Origin: Neocallimastix sp. 'constans'
Lineage: Eukaryota
Assembly: GCA_050613775.1 (NCBI GenBank)
Contig: JBODTK010000140.1
Span: 124,001-188,000, forward strand
DNA: 64,000 bases
Direction: 5' to 3'
Of the stretch, positions 47,146-60,897 are shown one piece after another. Positions within the stretch are counted from its first letter, which is position 1; each line of letters opens with the position of its first letter. The position numbers were made by a program, and so were the translations under genes. The notes beneath the pieces were generated by a model. It searched no databases and was not told where the DNA came from. It saw nothing but the letters and a program-made list of their open reading frames with translations.

Positions 47146-48675
47146 AGCAAGATACTAGGCAGAGCTTAAGTTATTATACTGCCAAGTATGACAAAAATAA
47201 TAATAACAAAATTAATAAAACAAACAAAAATAACAACAACATTATCTTATGGACATTGGACTCTGGGGCGTCATATCACATGACCCATGATAAAAACATT
47301 TTAACAAATACACGTGATTTCTGTATCAATATACATTTTGCTAATGGAGGAATGGTAAAATCAAAATACATTGGTAATTATGTTGGTTTAATTAATAATC
47401 ACAAAATTATTTTAAACGATGTCATTTATGTACCATCATTTAAAAGAAGTCTAATTTCCATAGATCATTTAAGCAAGGATAATTATAAAACTGTATTTTG
47501 TAAAAATAAGTACAACGATAAAAACTGCGCTATTTTATATAACAATAATGGCAAAAGAATCTATACATCTTTCTCAAATAAATCTAAAGTTTACAAAATA
47601 CTAACAAGCAAAAATAATATAAGTAATAGCTCAAATAACATTATATGTTATAGTTTACAAGATGCCTTAAACGATTCTGATATGAATCTCTGGAATAGAA
47701 GAATGGGTCATTTTAATATTGACTCTATCAAAGATAATTTAAATAAAATAAATATAAAGCATAAGTGTAAAATTTGTTCTTGTTCGAAATTAAAGAATCT
47801 CCCTTACAAACCATCTACTAATCATATGACAAAACCATTTGAACTTATTCACATGGATTTGGTATTTGTTCCCGACTATTCTATTTACGGGAATAAGTAT
47901 TTTTTATCTATTCTTGATGATTATTCAAGGTACAGTTGGGTCCTTTTTATAAAAAGAAAAAGTGAAACATTCAAAACTTTTATTATATGGTATAATCAAA
48001 TTAAGAACTTATTTGATAATTGTAATATTAAATACATTAAAACTGATAACGGCACTGAATTTTTCAATAGCAATTTCAACGAGTTTTATGAAAGAACAGG
48101 CATAATACATGAACATACTATTCCTCATAATCCACAACAAAATGGAAGAGTGGAAAGACTTCATGGAACATTAATATCTAATGGTGACGCTATGTTAAAC
48201 GATGCAAAGCTAAATCATAAATTTTGGGAAGATGCTGTAACCACAGCAAATTATATACATAACAGGTTACCCCATAAAGGTAATAATAACAAAATACCAT
48301 ATGAAATTCTGTACAATGATAAAGTTGATTATAATAAATTCAGAGTTTTTGGGTGTCGTGTATATTTTTTTTGTTCCAAAACAATTTAGGAAGAAGTTCT
48401 GCAATACAACTCTCCCAGGTATTTTCCTTGGATATGATGAAATAAACCATACAGCTTATAAAATATATGACATTAAAAATAACAAAATAGTTTTAGCTCG
48501 CACTGTAGAATTCCTCGAAGATGAACCCGCAAATATAAGTGCCCCTCTAACATCACCAGACAGTATTAATTTCACTAATTATTATGAAAATGAAGAAATA
48601 GATCATATTAACAATGATGACAATGAAAGTAATACAAATGATAATAATAGTGAATATAATGAAATTTATAATATA

Positions 48676-48747
<72 letters not shown>

Positions 48748-51700
48748 GATACCGAAATAAATAACCTAATCAATAATCATAATTATGATCCTAATAATAT
48801 GTACCATCCAAATAATAATAATTTTATTAATATGAATCATAATAATTTAATTTTACAAAATCAAAATAAAACTATTGGACCCACTCAATATATGGACAAT
48901 TCAGAAAATAATAATAATAATAATTTTTCAATTTCCAATTCTAACAACCAATTAAATAATTTACATTATAATTCTAATGAAGGATCATTAAATTTAAATA
49001 ATAATAATAAAATTAATTTAAATAATTTAATTCCTAAAAATATTAATTCTATTTATTTCCAAGAAGAAAATAATAAAGATTTTTGTAATGGAAATAAAGA
49101 AAAATTTAATATTGATAATTTAATTGATACTAACAATAATTATAATACTAATAATAATTATAATACTAATAATAATTATAATAATGATCCGAATAATTTA
49201 AATTTAATTAAAGACAATAATTTTAATTTAAATTATGAAAGAAAATTAAGTAATACAGGAAGAAACACAGGAATAAATTCAGGAATAAACACAGAAATAA
49301 ATTCAGGAATAAACACAGAAATAAACAAAATAAATTTAAATAAAAATAATTTAAATATAAACGTAAGTAATAATTCAAATTATCCTGAATTAATGAATAA
49401 TGAAATAAATAACCATAATTATAATTTAGAAGAAAATAACCTACATAATTCGTTCGATAATGTAAATAACAATCCACGCGTGTATAAAGTAAGTGATAAT
49501 AATAATATAATTATTAACGATAATAATAAAATGAATAATTATTATATGAGAGGTGACTTAAATTATAATTTAAATAATGGTAATAATTCTAACGTCATTG
49601 GAGAAAATAATTACAATATAAATAAAGAGATAAATTTATATAAATCAAATAAAATTAAAGAAATAAATTTAAATGATTTAAATAAACAAACTAATGCCAA
49701 TGAGTATAATTCCAATGTGAATTATCATATACAGAATGTAAAATTTAGCAATAATTACAATAAAGAATTTAACCAAAACAATTCAGGTGGTAAGGTAAAC
49801 AATGAAAATAAACAAACAAATAAACACCAAAATAAGAGTAAAAAATCAATTATCAATAATGATAATGATAATAAACAAATAACTCTTAAGAAGAATAAAA
49901 ATAAAAATAAATTAATTTCTAATAGAATAAGTAATGCTAAGAGTAAAGAGGAAACTATTCAATTTCTTTTAAATAAGTCGAAAGAATATAGTGAAAAATT
50001 TAATCAATTAAATAATGAAAATAATAAGAATGCTGATAAACGAAACAATAATGATAAAAATAAACAAAATACCAAACAATCTAATAATAGTGGTAATATA
50101 TATATAAGAAAAAACAATAATAAACGTAGAAAACGCTATAACAATGAATATATGATTAAAAATCATCCAACAAAGAAAGTGAAATCGTTCAATATTAAAG
50201 ATATTTTAGATACAACTGCACTTCTAGCAATAGACGACAAAAAGTTTATTGAACCACGTAATTATAAAGAAATATTTTTAATGAATGATAAAGACATGTG
50301 GTTAAAAGCAGTGGATGAAGAATTGAATAATATGAAGAGAATGAGGGTATTTACAATTATTAATAAAGTTCCTAAAGACGCAAATATCATTTCTACAAGA
50401 TGGGTTCTTAAATACAAAAGAAACTCAGAAGGTAAAATTGTTAAATATAAAGCAAGATTAGTAGCTAAGGGCTACAGCCAGATATATGGGGTTGACTATA
50501 AAAACACTTTTTCACCTACCCTCAAACAAGATACACTTAAAATCATAATTGCCATTGCAGTCCAAAGAAAGTTCCATATACATCAAATGGATATTAAGGC
50601 TGCCTACTTGAATGCCAAATTGAATGAGGATATTTATATGTTGCTACCAGAAGGTATGAAACAAAAGGGATATTGTAAATTAAATAAAGCTTTATATGGG
50701 TTAAAATAGTCTGGAAGAATGTGGAACGAAACTTTAAATAAGGTATTGTTAAAATTAAATTTTAAAAGATTTTTAAGTGACCCATGCGTCTATATTAAAA
50801 AAGATAAAAGTAACGAAATTGTATGTTTACTAGCAGTCTACGTGGATGATATAATTGTTACAGGAACGGATGATGAAATAATTAAAACAAAATCTTTAAT
50901 TAAAAATAATTTTGAAGCTACAGATGTAGGTGAAGTAGACTTTATTATAGGTATAAAATTTGTAAAATGTAATGATGGTTATATTATCCATCAGAAGAAA
51001 TATCTTAATGAAATTTTAAATAAGTTTAATATCAATAAATATAACCCAGTATCAAATACAACACCAATCGAATCTATTGAATTAAGGAGTAAAAAATTTA
51101 ATGTAACAAAATATAAGCAAGCTATAGGATCTTTGTTATATTTAGCTATCAGCACGAGACCGGACATATTATTTTCTGTAAGTAAAGCTTCCAGAAAATC
51201 CGATAATCCAACATACGAAGATTGGTACAATGTACTAAAAATTTTTAGATACTTGAAAGGTAATCCTAACTATGGAATTAAATTCACTTATACTAATACT
51301 TTTAATTTTAATGTTTATGTTGACGCCGATTTAGGTGGTGATAAGGAAACAAGGAAGTCAACTACTGGATTTGTAATGATGATAAACTCAGCTCCTACTA
51401 GTTGGTATTCCAAACTGCAACATTGTGTTTCAGTTTCTACTGCGGAAAGTGAGTATTATGGAATTCATGAGTGTGCAAGACACTGTCTCTGGTATAGAAA
51501 TATATTTAAAGAACTTGGACTTAAGCAGGATGTTATTACAATAAACACCGATAATAAAGCTGCAATTTACAATTGCGAAAATGAAACTATTAATCCGAAA
51601 TCCAAGCACATCGACCTTCGATATCACAGTATAAGAGAATTAATCAAGAAAGGTTATATTAATTTAAAGTATATAAAATCTGAAAATAACTTATCCGATG

Positions 51701-51783
51701 GATTTACCAAATATCTAAATTCTACTTTAATGACCAGGTTTAGAAATAATATTCTCTATGATCTAAATAATATTAAACTTTAG
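47133..51783 (+). pseudogene. pol: Copia Pol (PR-IN-RT-RNaseH), interrupted by a +1 T at ~48365-48372 and TAG at 50707-50709
   Basis: WTLDSGASYH, IHMDL, IKTDNGTEF, PQQNGRVER, YKARLVAKG, QMDIKAAYL, LYGLK*SGR, YVDD, YVDADLG, STAESEY and SKHIDLRYH. The frame opens at 47133 in the -1 frame relative to gag. Confidence 0.92.
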
Positions 51784-51789
51784 GGGGAA

Positions 51790-52113
51790 TGTTAAAAATA
51801 AAGTTTAATATTTTAATTAAGTCTTGTATAATTAAGATTTACTTATTTATTAAATTAAATATGTTTTTCATTATTTTGTATAATGTAAAATATTATGAGG
51901 CGTATTAATGATGTACATCATATATTTACAATTATAACTAATATAGTTAAATTAAATTTTATTAATGTATATACATTTAAGGATTATGATAATTAATCCT
52001 ATAATATAAAATATTACTAAAAATATATAGTTATTAAAATAATAATAAAAATAATAAAAATAAATAAAGTGATCACATATCAAAAATTAAAATTTAATAA
52101 CATAATATTCAAA
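51790..52113 (+). repeat. 3' LTR, preceded by polypurine tract 51782-51789
   Basis: Direct repeat of 45623-45946; the PPT overlaps the pol stop codon. Confidence 0.95.
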
Positions 52114-52172
52114 TTATTTATATCAATCTAAAATTAATGTAATATAAAATAGATTTATGTAATGAATGTGAA

Positions 52173-53606
52173 GCATTTCGACATAATTTATGTATAATCA
52201 TCATAAATTTTTGTACAATGTGTAAAATATATGTAATACGCCACTATTTTCATCGTATATTTTTATTTATTGTATTTTAGCATTAAAAAATAAAATAAAA
52301 AACAAAAAAGAATAAATAAAATAATAAATAAGTTTTCTGTTAAGAATTTTATTTTATTTTTATTTTTATTTTTTTTTAATTTTATTTTTATTTTTTTTTA
52401 ATTTTATTTTATTATTATATTTTATTATTAAATATTTTAATAATAAAACCTTTCCATTTTATTTTATTTAAATAAAATAAATAAAATTATATATTTTATT
52501 ATTAAATTAATTAAATAATAGAATAAATTTTATTATAATATTAAATATTTATTATTATTGATATTAATAAAATATATTGATATTGATATAAATATAATTT
52601 AAACTATATATATTCTAGTTAATTATTATTTATAAATTTAGAGTGTGTTTAATTCTATTAAACATTTATATCATAAATCAATGATATCATTTTTATCACA
52701 TTTTTTATCAATCAATTCGGATTCCTTTTTTTTGTATTTTTTAATGAAATTATTGATTTCATCAGTTTTTGTTAATATTCTTCTTTTTTTTCCAAACTCC
52801 TTCAATTTTCCTTTTGTAATTATTGTAAGATAAAGATTCTTCTCTTTTTAAATGATAAATCAATTCATATAAAGAAGGTTTTTTGTAAAACAATTTTTTT
52901 AATTGTTAAAAGATTCTGAAGCATTATTTGTTATGTGGTTTATATCGTTATAATAATTCCAATATTGAATATCATATTTATATAAATAAGTCTTATTAAA
53001 ATATTCCAAAAAATTTAAAAAATTGAAATAATTATATATTTGACATATAATTTTAATATGATTATAAATATCAAATATATATTCAGGATTTATAAAAGGA
53101 AAATTTGTAATAGCTTTATATAACAAATAAATCTTATGATTATTTTCAACTTCATTATAACATAATTTATTTTTTTGAACTTCTAACGATCTTTTATAAT
53201 GTCATACACAATATTTAATAGTAATATTATGAAATATTTTAATGGAAGCATTGGATATACTTTTTTCAAAATCACAATGCAAAATTTTTGGTGTAACTAT
53301 AATATTATTATTATATTTACTTTCATTCTTTTTTAATTTTATATTTTATATTTTATTTTATTATTTATTTTTTTATATTTTTTATTTTACTTTATTATTT
53401 ATTTTTTTTATTTTTTATTTATTTTTTTTTTTTATTTTATATATATATATATATATATTTTACTGTAAATGTTATTAAAATTAAATTAAAAAATAAAAAT
53501 AAAAATAAAAATAAAAATAAATTTAACCCTATTCCTATTCATTTATTTTTACAAGCCACATTGTAATACATGAATAAATGATCAAACATAAATTATGTCG
53601 AAATGC
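52173..53606 (-). mobile_element. Degenerate Mutator/MULE remnant with residual inverted repeats
   Basis: HCDFEKSISNASIKIF...KYCV*HY (~53200-53283) and FPFINPEY...FLEYFNKTY...WNYY...TNNASESFNN. A 21-bp exact inverted repeat lies at 52173-52193 / 53586-53606. Confidence 0.78.
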
Positions 53607-56370
53607 AATACTCCCTTATGTAATATCATAAGTTCTATAAAATACATAAAATTAATGTAAATATAATATTAAAATTTATAACATAAATTTTGTTAAGAAT
53701 GTAACTGAAATCTCACAATTTCAATTATGATTATTTATAGTTAATATGGCTTTTATTTATTTATATTTAATTATATGAATATTACATAATAAAGAATATT
53801 ACAGTTTAACAAAATATAATAAATAAGATTTATAATAACTATTTTATAACTATCTAATAACTAACTAATGTATTCATAGTGTGGCTAATTGTGGCGTATT
53901 GATATTACAATGTATAATGTATAATTATAATGTAGCTAATACTTAACAAATTTTATATTATGTAAATAATTTATTTAATTATTTTATTATATTTTTATAT
54001 GTTATAATTATTATAAATATTTTATTATTTATATAAAAGTATAATAAATAATAAAATATTTATAATTTATATTATACTTTTTATAAAAAATTAACTATAT
54101 AATTAATTCTTATTATTTTAAAATAGTTTATAATTAAAGAGTATTATATAAAGAATACTTTTTCGTTATATTTATTATTAGCAACAGCAACAACATTATT
54201 ACCATAATCAATATATATTTATTTTAATAAAAGTAGTTTAATAATATTAATAATATGAACTTAAACAATTTAGTATTTAAAGAAATATTTAAATTTTAAA
54301 TAAATAAATAAATAAATTATACTAATAAATAAAATAAATAAATTATGTAACTTCTCCCGAAAAGAGATAACCGAACCTAAAGAGTTTATCAAAACTTAAT
54401 TTGCATAATATATTAAATAATAGATAATATTCTCTATGGTAAAATATACATTATATGTCATATTAATACATCTATATTATAAAATGCTTAAAATAAAATC
54501 AATGTATTAATGTTATTATATAACTAATTAATATTAGACAATTTTATGGAATTATCTGTAGAAATTTCGTCTATTTATTTAATTATTATTAAATTTAAGT
54601 TGTTTATTCATTTTTAAATTTTATAATTAAAAATACAGAATAAAAAAAAAATATGTTAAGAAAAAAAAAGTTTTAGTTTATATAATAGTATAATTTCCTA
54701 TCCTGTTTTATATCACCTTTATATATATATATATATATATATATATTTCGCTATTTTCTGATAAATATAATTGAAATACTAATATTCTTATAGAAAAAAT
54801 AAAAATCTATATTTTATTATTTATTATAATTTTAATAGTACTTTTTTTGCATATTCAAAAAAAATAAAATTAATAAAATACATGGAATGAAATATATATA
54901 TATATATATAATAAAATAAAAAATAAATAAATAATTTTATTTTATTTATATTATTATTTATTATCACTAAAAATTAATTTTAAACATAAAAAATATTATT
55001 ATTAAAAATTGGATGATGAAAGAAAAAAAAAAAATTAGCATTTTTATTTATTTATTAACTTTTGAAGTACATATATTTTTTTGATCTATTTATTATTATC
55101 TATAATCTTAAAATATCAATAACCTATCAATATTATGTTGTTAATATTATATAATCATATTATACATTTTCATAAACTGTCAAAATAAGTTTTCATTATA
55201 TATTATTTATACAAGTTTCTTAACATTACATTACTAAAAAAGTCCATAAATGATTATAATAAAGTTGTAGTTATTAATAATAAAGCTAAAGCAATAATGA
55301 TGATAATGATGTCATTTCATTTAGAATTTAAAACATTCCTTAGAGAATACTAATAATAGTATTATCAATTTATTTTTATTCCCATTATGGATAATACATT
55401 TTTTTGCTATTTCATTTATAAGTTCAATTTAAATAAGAAGATTAGGTTTCTGTCAAGAAATACAATTTCCCTATTTGTTAAAAAATAAATTGTTATATAT
55501 AATATATATTTTAATTTCAATTATTTTATTTTATTTTATTTTTTTTTTTTTTTATTTTTATTTATTTATTTATTTATATTTATTCTATTACTTTTTTTTT
55601 TTTTTTTTATTACATTTCATTAATACAAAACCGTAAATTTCATTTAGTTATAAAAATACAATAATTGATATCTTTATAGGAATTCGAAAATTTCAATTTT
55701 TAAAATTTATTGATATCCATGTATCTGTCCATTTTATATTTTAGTTTCTGTACTTGAAAAACCATTTAAATAAAAAGAAATTATCTTTTTATTATTTATT
55801 TTATTTTTGATTATTAATTATTATTATTACATTTTGTATATTTAAAAAATTTTTTTATAATATTTATATTATTAATGATTTCATATATAATGCAAAATCC
55901 ATATTTTTTATTTAAAGATTAAGAAAAACAATACATATGTAAAAGAAAAATTAAATATAGTAAAATACTTTATGTGAATTAAGGGATTTATGATTTTGTA
56001 AATTTTATACTTTAATCAATAAAAAAATATAATCATTTTTAATAATAATATCATTAATATCATTATTTATTATTAAGCAAAAATAAATAATTTATATAAA
56101 CTCCTTTTTTATTAATCTATATTAATTTAATAAGAATAATTAGGATTATTTTTAAATCAATAAAAAATCAATAAATAAATATATAAATGTCTTTTTTTTT
56201 GTATAGCCGTAATTATTGCGAACTTTAATCCTTATTTATTTATTCTTTAATTAATTACTTCTAATTTTAATAAAAATAAAAAACACAGAATTAATAAAAT
56301 AAATAAATGTTATTTGTCCAATTTGAACAAAATAATATTTGAAATAGTAACTTGAATTAAAAAGTGATAA

Positions 56371-57660
56371 TCAAAAATAAAGTGTATAAATAAATTCAGA
56401 AAAAAGTTCATATGCAACGAACCTCACCTCCAATGGATTAGGGTTTGAATTGACTATCTGAAAGAAGTTATGGTCTACTCCTTCAGAAACATTAGCCCTG
56501 CTAGCCTGTCTTACTGCATTTTCAGCGTTGATGCTCCTGGTTAGTTTGGACTTGTATTTTCGGTATAGTAACCCTTGCCTAGTACTGGTCTGAAGCATAA
56601 TTTCTGTTATGAGAGACGTTGATCGCACCAAGAACGGCGTTTTTGAATAATCACTAAATATGATTTGGCTCTTAAACAAAATATCCCATTCCTTTTTATA
56701 ATTTAAATCAATAATGTCTGCATCTCTTCTACCAAGAAGGAAGTTATATAATCGATACTACGTCATATATATATTTACACACTCATTATTCAGAAAATTA
56801 ATTAAATTAACATGATTTTCACCATAACTATTCACTACATTAGTAGTAAAAATATTATAATTTTCACTATCACTAATATTAATATTTCTATTTTCACTAT
56901 CACTAATTCTACTATTATTAACAATATTATTTCTATTGTCAATATTATTAATATTATATACTTCGTTACTTCTGTCAGAATCAGAACTTAGTTCTATATT
57001 ATTCATATCTTTGATAAAAGTACCTACATTACTATTTGATATTAGATAATATTTAGAAAATAATTTAAAATTTTTCATAAAGAATTTCAATATCATTAAA
57101 ATATTTCATTCGAAATTCACGGAAAAAATAGCATTTAGAAAACCAATGTTCCAATCGAGGATTACTATTTTTTCTATAACAACAAGGACACCTTTCAGGA
57201 CAGTCTTCTTCAATCATATTGGCAGCTTTGACAACACGAGCATCAAATATATATCCACACTTGGAATGAAGTACCCATCGGAAACCAATGTTATATTCAG
57301 GATACTTATAGTTTAGCTTAAGATACTCTTTAGTTTTCTCATATTTATTTTTTTTATAAGCCTTAGCTTTGGTTGATTTTCCTGCCATATCTCTATCTCA
57401 GTAAAAGCTTAAAATTGCTTCTTTTTTTTTTGATGGAAATTTATCCAATTTGTCCGCTAAAATTTTACTTTCTTTATTGCAAGTATGACATCTACAACGA
57501 GATATATCTCCAAGTAAATCTGAGAAAATACATTTCGAGTTTTTCCATTTTTTAAAACACCTTACCTGAGCAATCGTACATTTCGCTGAAAGAGGAGGGA
57601 TGTTAAGTTCTTTAGAAGCACAATAAAGGGATGTAAAGCTATTCCCATTTGAAAATCCTT
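56371..57660 (-). mobile_element. Non-LTR retrotransposon (LINE) ORF2 3' remnant
   Basis: C-terminal zinc finger CPCCYRKNSNPRLEHWFSKC and LYNFLLG-type tail; frameshifted ORF pieces. Confidence 0.72.
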
Positions 57661-58139
57661 CAATCCAGTATATATTTTATTAGAAATAATATAAAAGCAT
57701 GTCTATTTTAATAATAAACAGTTCATTTATAATAAGAAATAATTATATATATTAATTAATACAGAATGACTTTATTTTTTAAATAAAAACAATTTTAAGC
57801 AATCTTTAAAAAAAAACAAAAATTATAATTTCAATTTTAAATTTTATAATATCAAATATTTTTTAATTTATTTTTGTTAAATATAACATTTAAAATCATA
57901 AGAAATATTTATTTTTTTATTATGTGTTTAGTTATTTATTTATTACTTTTCCATTACGAAAGGCCTTTTCATTTATGAATATTTCATTATATGTTATTTA
58001 TAATCATTTTTCATTTTTCTATAATAGTCTAAATTTTTGGTAATATTTAATGTTACACTGCATTATACTATCGAATAAAAATATTTCACACATAATAATA
58101 TAGTATAATGTTCAATGCAATTAAACAAATAACAACAAT

Positions 58140-58830
58140 ATTTAACTATTTAGCAGTACAGATTAATGCTTTCAAGCAGTTATTTAATAACGAATTAATC
58201 CTTTTGGAACGACCATTTTGTTGAGGATTAACAGGTGTTGAATGATTAAATGTAATTTCATTTTTTTGAGATAATTTATGAAATTAGAGTTACTGTATTC
58301 TAAACCTTTATCAGATATTACTTCCTTTATGCTGAAATAACAAATATTTTTCAAAGTCTATGAAACTCAATAAACTTCTGATATCCCTCAGATCTATTTT
58401 TAACTAAATTGACTCAGCATTTTCTACTGTAGTCATCGATAAATATTATATAATAATTGTATCCACTAAGTTACACCACATATTTAAGTGGCCTAACAAT
58501 ATCATTATATATGATTTGAAACGATAATGTACTTGTATTTATTTGAATGATTTTTTCTTGATTTTGCTAATTTTTTAACCTTCACAATTTATATTATAAT
58601 TTTTTTCTTCCTTAATGTTGTTGTTTTCTAAAAATTTTTGAATATTTAAATTGTAATAATGACTCAATTTAGCATGTTATAATATTAGATCAACATTATT
58701 TATACTATAGTCTATATCATTTACTAGATTTGTATTTATAGTAAAAAGGTTTTCGACATTTGCACAGGTGATAGTAATAAGTTTATTATTTCTAAGTATT
58801 CGGAGTATTTCTTTATTGTTGCACATTTCC
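58140..58830 (-). mobile_element. Degenerate Copia integrase remnant
   Basis: *HAKLSH (~58670), SDKGLEYSN (~58300) and HSTPVNPQQNGRSKRIN (~58195-58245). Confidence 0.78.
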
Positions 58831-58859
58831 AGTATAATCTTGAATTAACTAGTGTCTGT

Positions 58860-60080
58860 TAAGTTGGGATCTTGTTGGAGCACATAATCAATGTTATATG
58901 CAAAAAGACCTCCACAACAACGTTTATCACCAATAGAGATTCCATATTTATCACAACTATTATAAATATCATTAATGAACAAGTTAAACAAAATTTGTGA
59001 AAGTGGTCAGAAATATCATTGAATGTACTACAAAAAGATATCTTATTAATGTATTCCTTCATTTTACAATTAAATAGAACATGATCAATACAAGACGATC
59101 TATCATCCCAAGCCCATGTGAAATTAAGAACTGTTAAGTTTTTAGGGAATCACATCACTGATGAGATAATTTATTAAGTAAACTTTCTAATAGGGATTTA
59201 GATATATTAAAGTCACCTACAAGAAAAGAAGGAGTATTAGTATGTTTCTTTATCCAATTAGTAATTTCTGAAAAGGAGTTCGTTTTTTCTTCCTTATGAG
59301 TGACTGTAGGAACATAAATATTATCAATATTGCATCTAACTCTCTAAAAAGAGGTAATATTGACAGAAATGATATATTTATTTTCAAAGGAATATAGAGA
59401 AAAGGAACAAGAATGATGTACAGTTATACTAAAACCTCTCATACCAGGTATGTTTGGATCAGCTTTTCGTAAAATTGTATTATAGTGACAAAGAAATGGG
59501 TAATTATTTGAAAGTACATTAAGGTATTGGCTATTAACGACCTCTTACAGGCAAATACAGATAGGTTTAAAAATTTCATTGAAGTATCTAATCCATCCAT
59601 TAATGTTTCAACTGACACAAAGATTAAAGAACTGAGTAGACGAATAAATAAATACTACTATATAGAAAATCTTTAACCATTGATTTAGTTTCAAAAGAAG
59701 AAAATTTATTGTTAAATTTCTTAACATAATTGAAAGTTCAGATTTTGTTGGTTTTGATACAATTAATTTTACGGATTGGAAGGCATTGAGTGAGAATAAA
59801 TAAAATATTTAGATAATAAGTAGGTTTATCACAGCTTATCCTTAAAATGAAGTAATTTTCCATATAAGGTGTGTGTTTTTTCGTAATCCTATGAACTATT
59901 TCATTACAATTGGAAATATTTTTACTAAGAAATTCCCAAAGTTTGCTAACAGACCATGATTGAAGATCATGAATAAAGATAAGAATGAAATCTTTACTCC
60001 GAATATCGAATCTTCAAAGGCCTCACTGTAAAACAGGTATTGTTGCTGTATTTGAAGAAGTATAATCCATTTCGAGGGAA
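58860..60080 (-). mobile_element. LINE remnant: AP-endonuclease joined to an RT fragment
   Basis: VGDFN (~59210), SSCIDHV (~59085) and ISDH (~59005), then FNLFINDI...GGLFAYNI (decayed LFADD, ~58890-58990). 5' limit approximate. Confidence 0.72.
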
Positions 60081-60125
60081 GCCTAAAAAAATAAAATAAA
60101 AAAGTATTAAATAAAAAATAATCAC

Positions 60126-60156
<31 letters not shown>

Positions 60157-60358
60157 AATTTAATGAAGAATAAAAACAAGTTCAAAATCTTCACTTATAA
60201 TGTATACATCAATTTATTAATAATGTTTAAAAAAAATATTATAAAGAAGTACAACGTTTTAATTCTAAATCATTATAACCTTTATAATATGAATTTATTT
60301 GGATAATAAAATCAAAACATTTAAAATTAACACCTGCTATCCCAAATAATTGAATAGC

Positions 60359-60390
<32 letters not shown>

Positions 60391-60897
60391 ACATATTAAA
60401 TATATTTATATCAATACATATTAAAATTATATTAAAAATAATTGTCATACTCTTTAAAAAAAAACACTAATTTAACATTTTCAAAAGTACATTATTTGAA
60501 TTCTAAATTATTTTAGCTTTAATAATATGCCATTTAGAAAATAAAATCAGAACATTTTAAATTAACACCTGTTATCCCAAATAACTGAATATATTTTTTT
60601 TTTTTTTTTCAAAAAATCATTACAAAATATTATAAAAGTTTTAAATATTCCTATTTTTTAATTTATAAATTTCATTTAAAAATATTGATCATAACATATA
60701 CAGTATTGCTTCATTCAATAGTAATTTAATTTATTTTTATTTTTGATTTTTATTATTCTTATTTTGATTTTTCAATATTATTTTCAATTTTTTTTCTTTA
60801 TATTTGTTTTATTTTACTTAATTACTTTTAATTTATATACGCATCTAAATAAAGTTAACTATAAATAAATATAGATTTTTAAATAGTTTTAAATAGT

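Larger units (their letters stand above)
45623..52113 (+). mobile_element. Young full-length Ty1/Copia LTR retrotransposon
   Basis: Near-identical 324-bp LTRs, 5-bp TSD TTATT (45618-45622 and 52114-52118), PBS, PPT AGGGGGAA, domain order gag-PR-IN-RT-RNaseH. Confidence 0.97.

Noticed and set aside
48301..48389. Second programmed frameshift in pol
   Set aside because: Falls in a T8 homopolymer within the conserved FGCRVYF motif; a single-base insertion or sequencing error is simpler.
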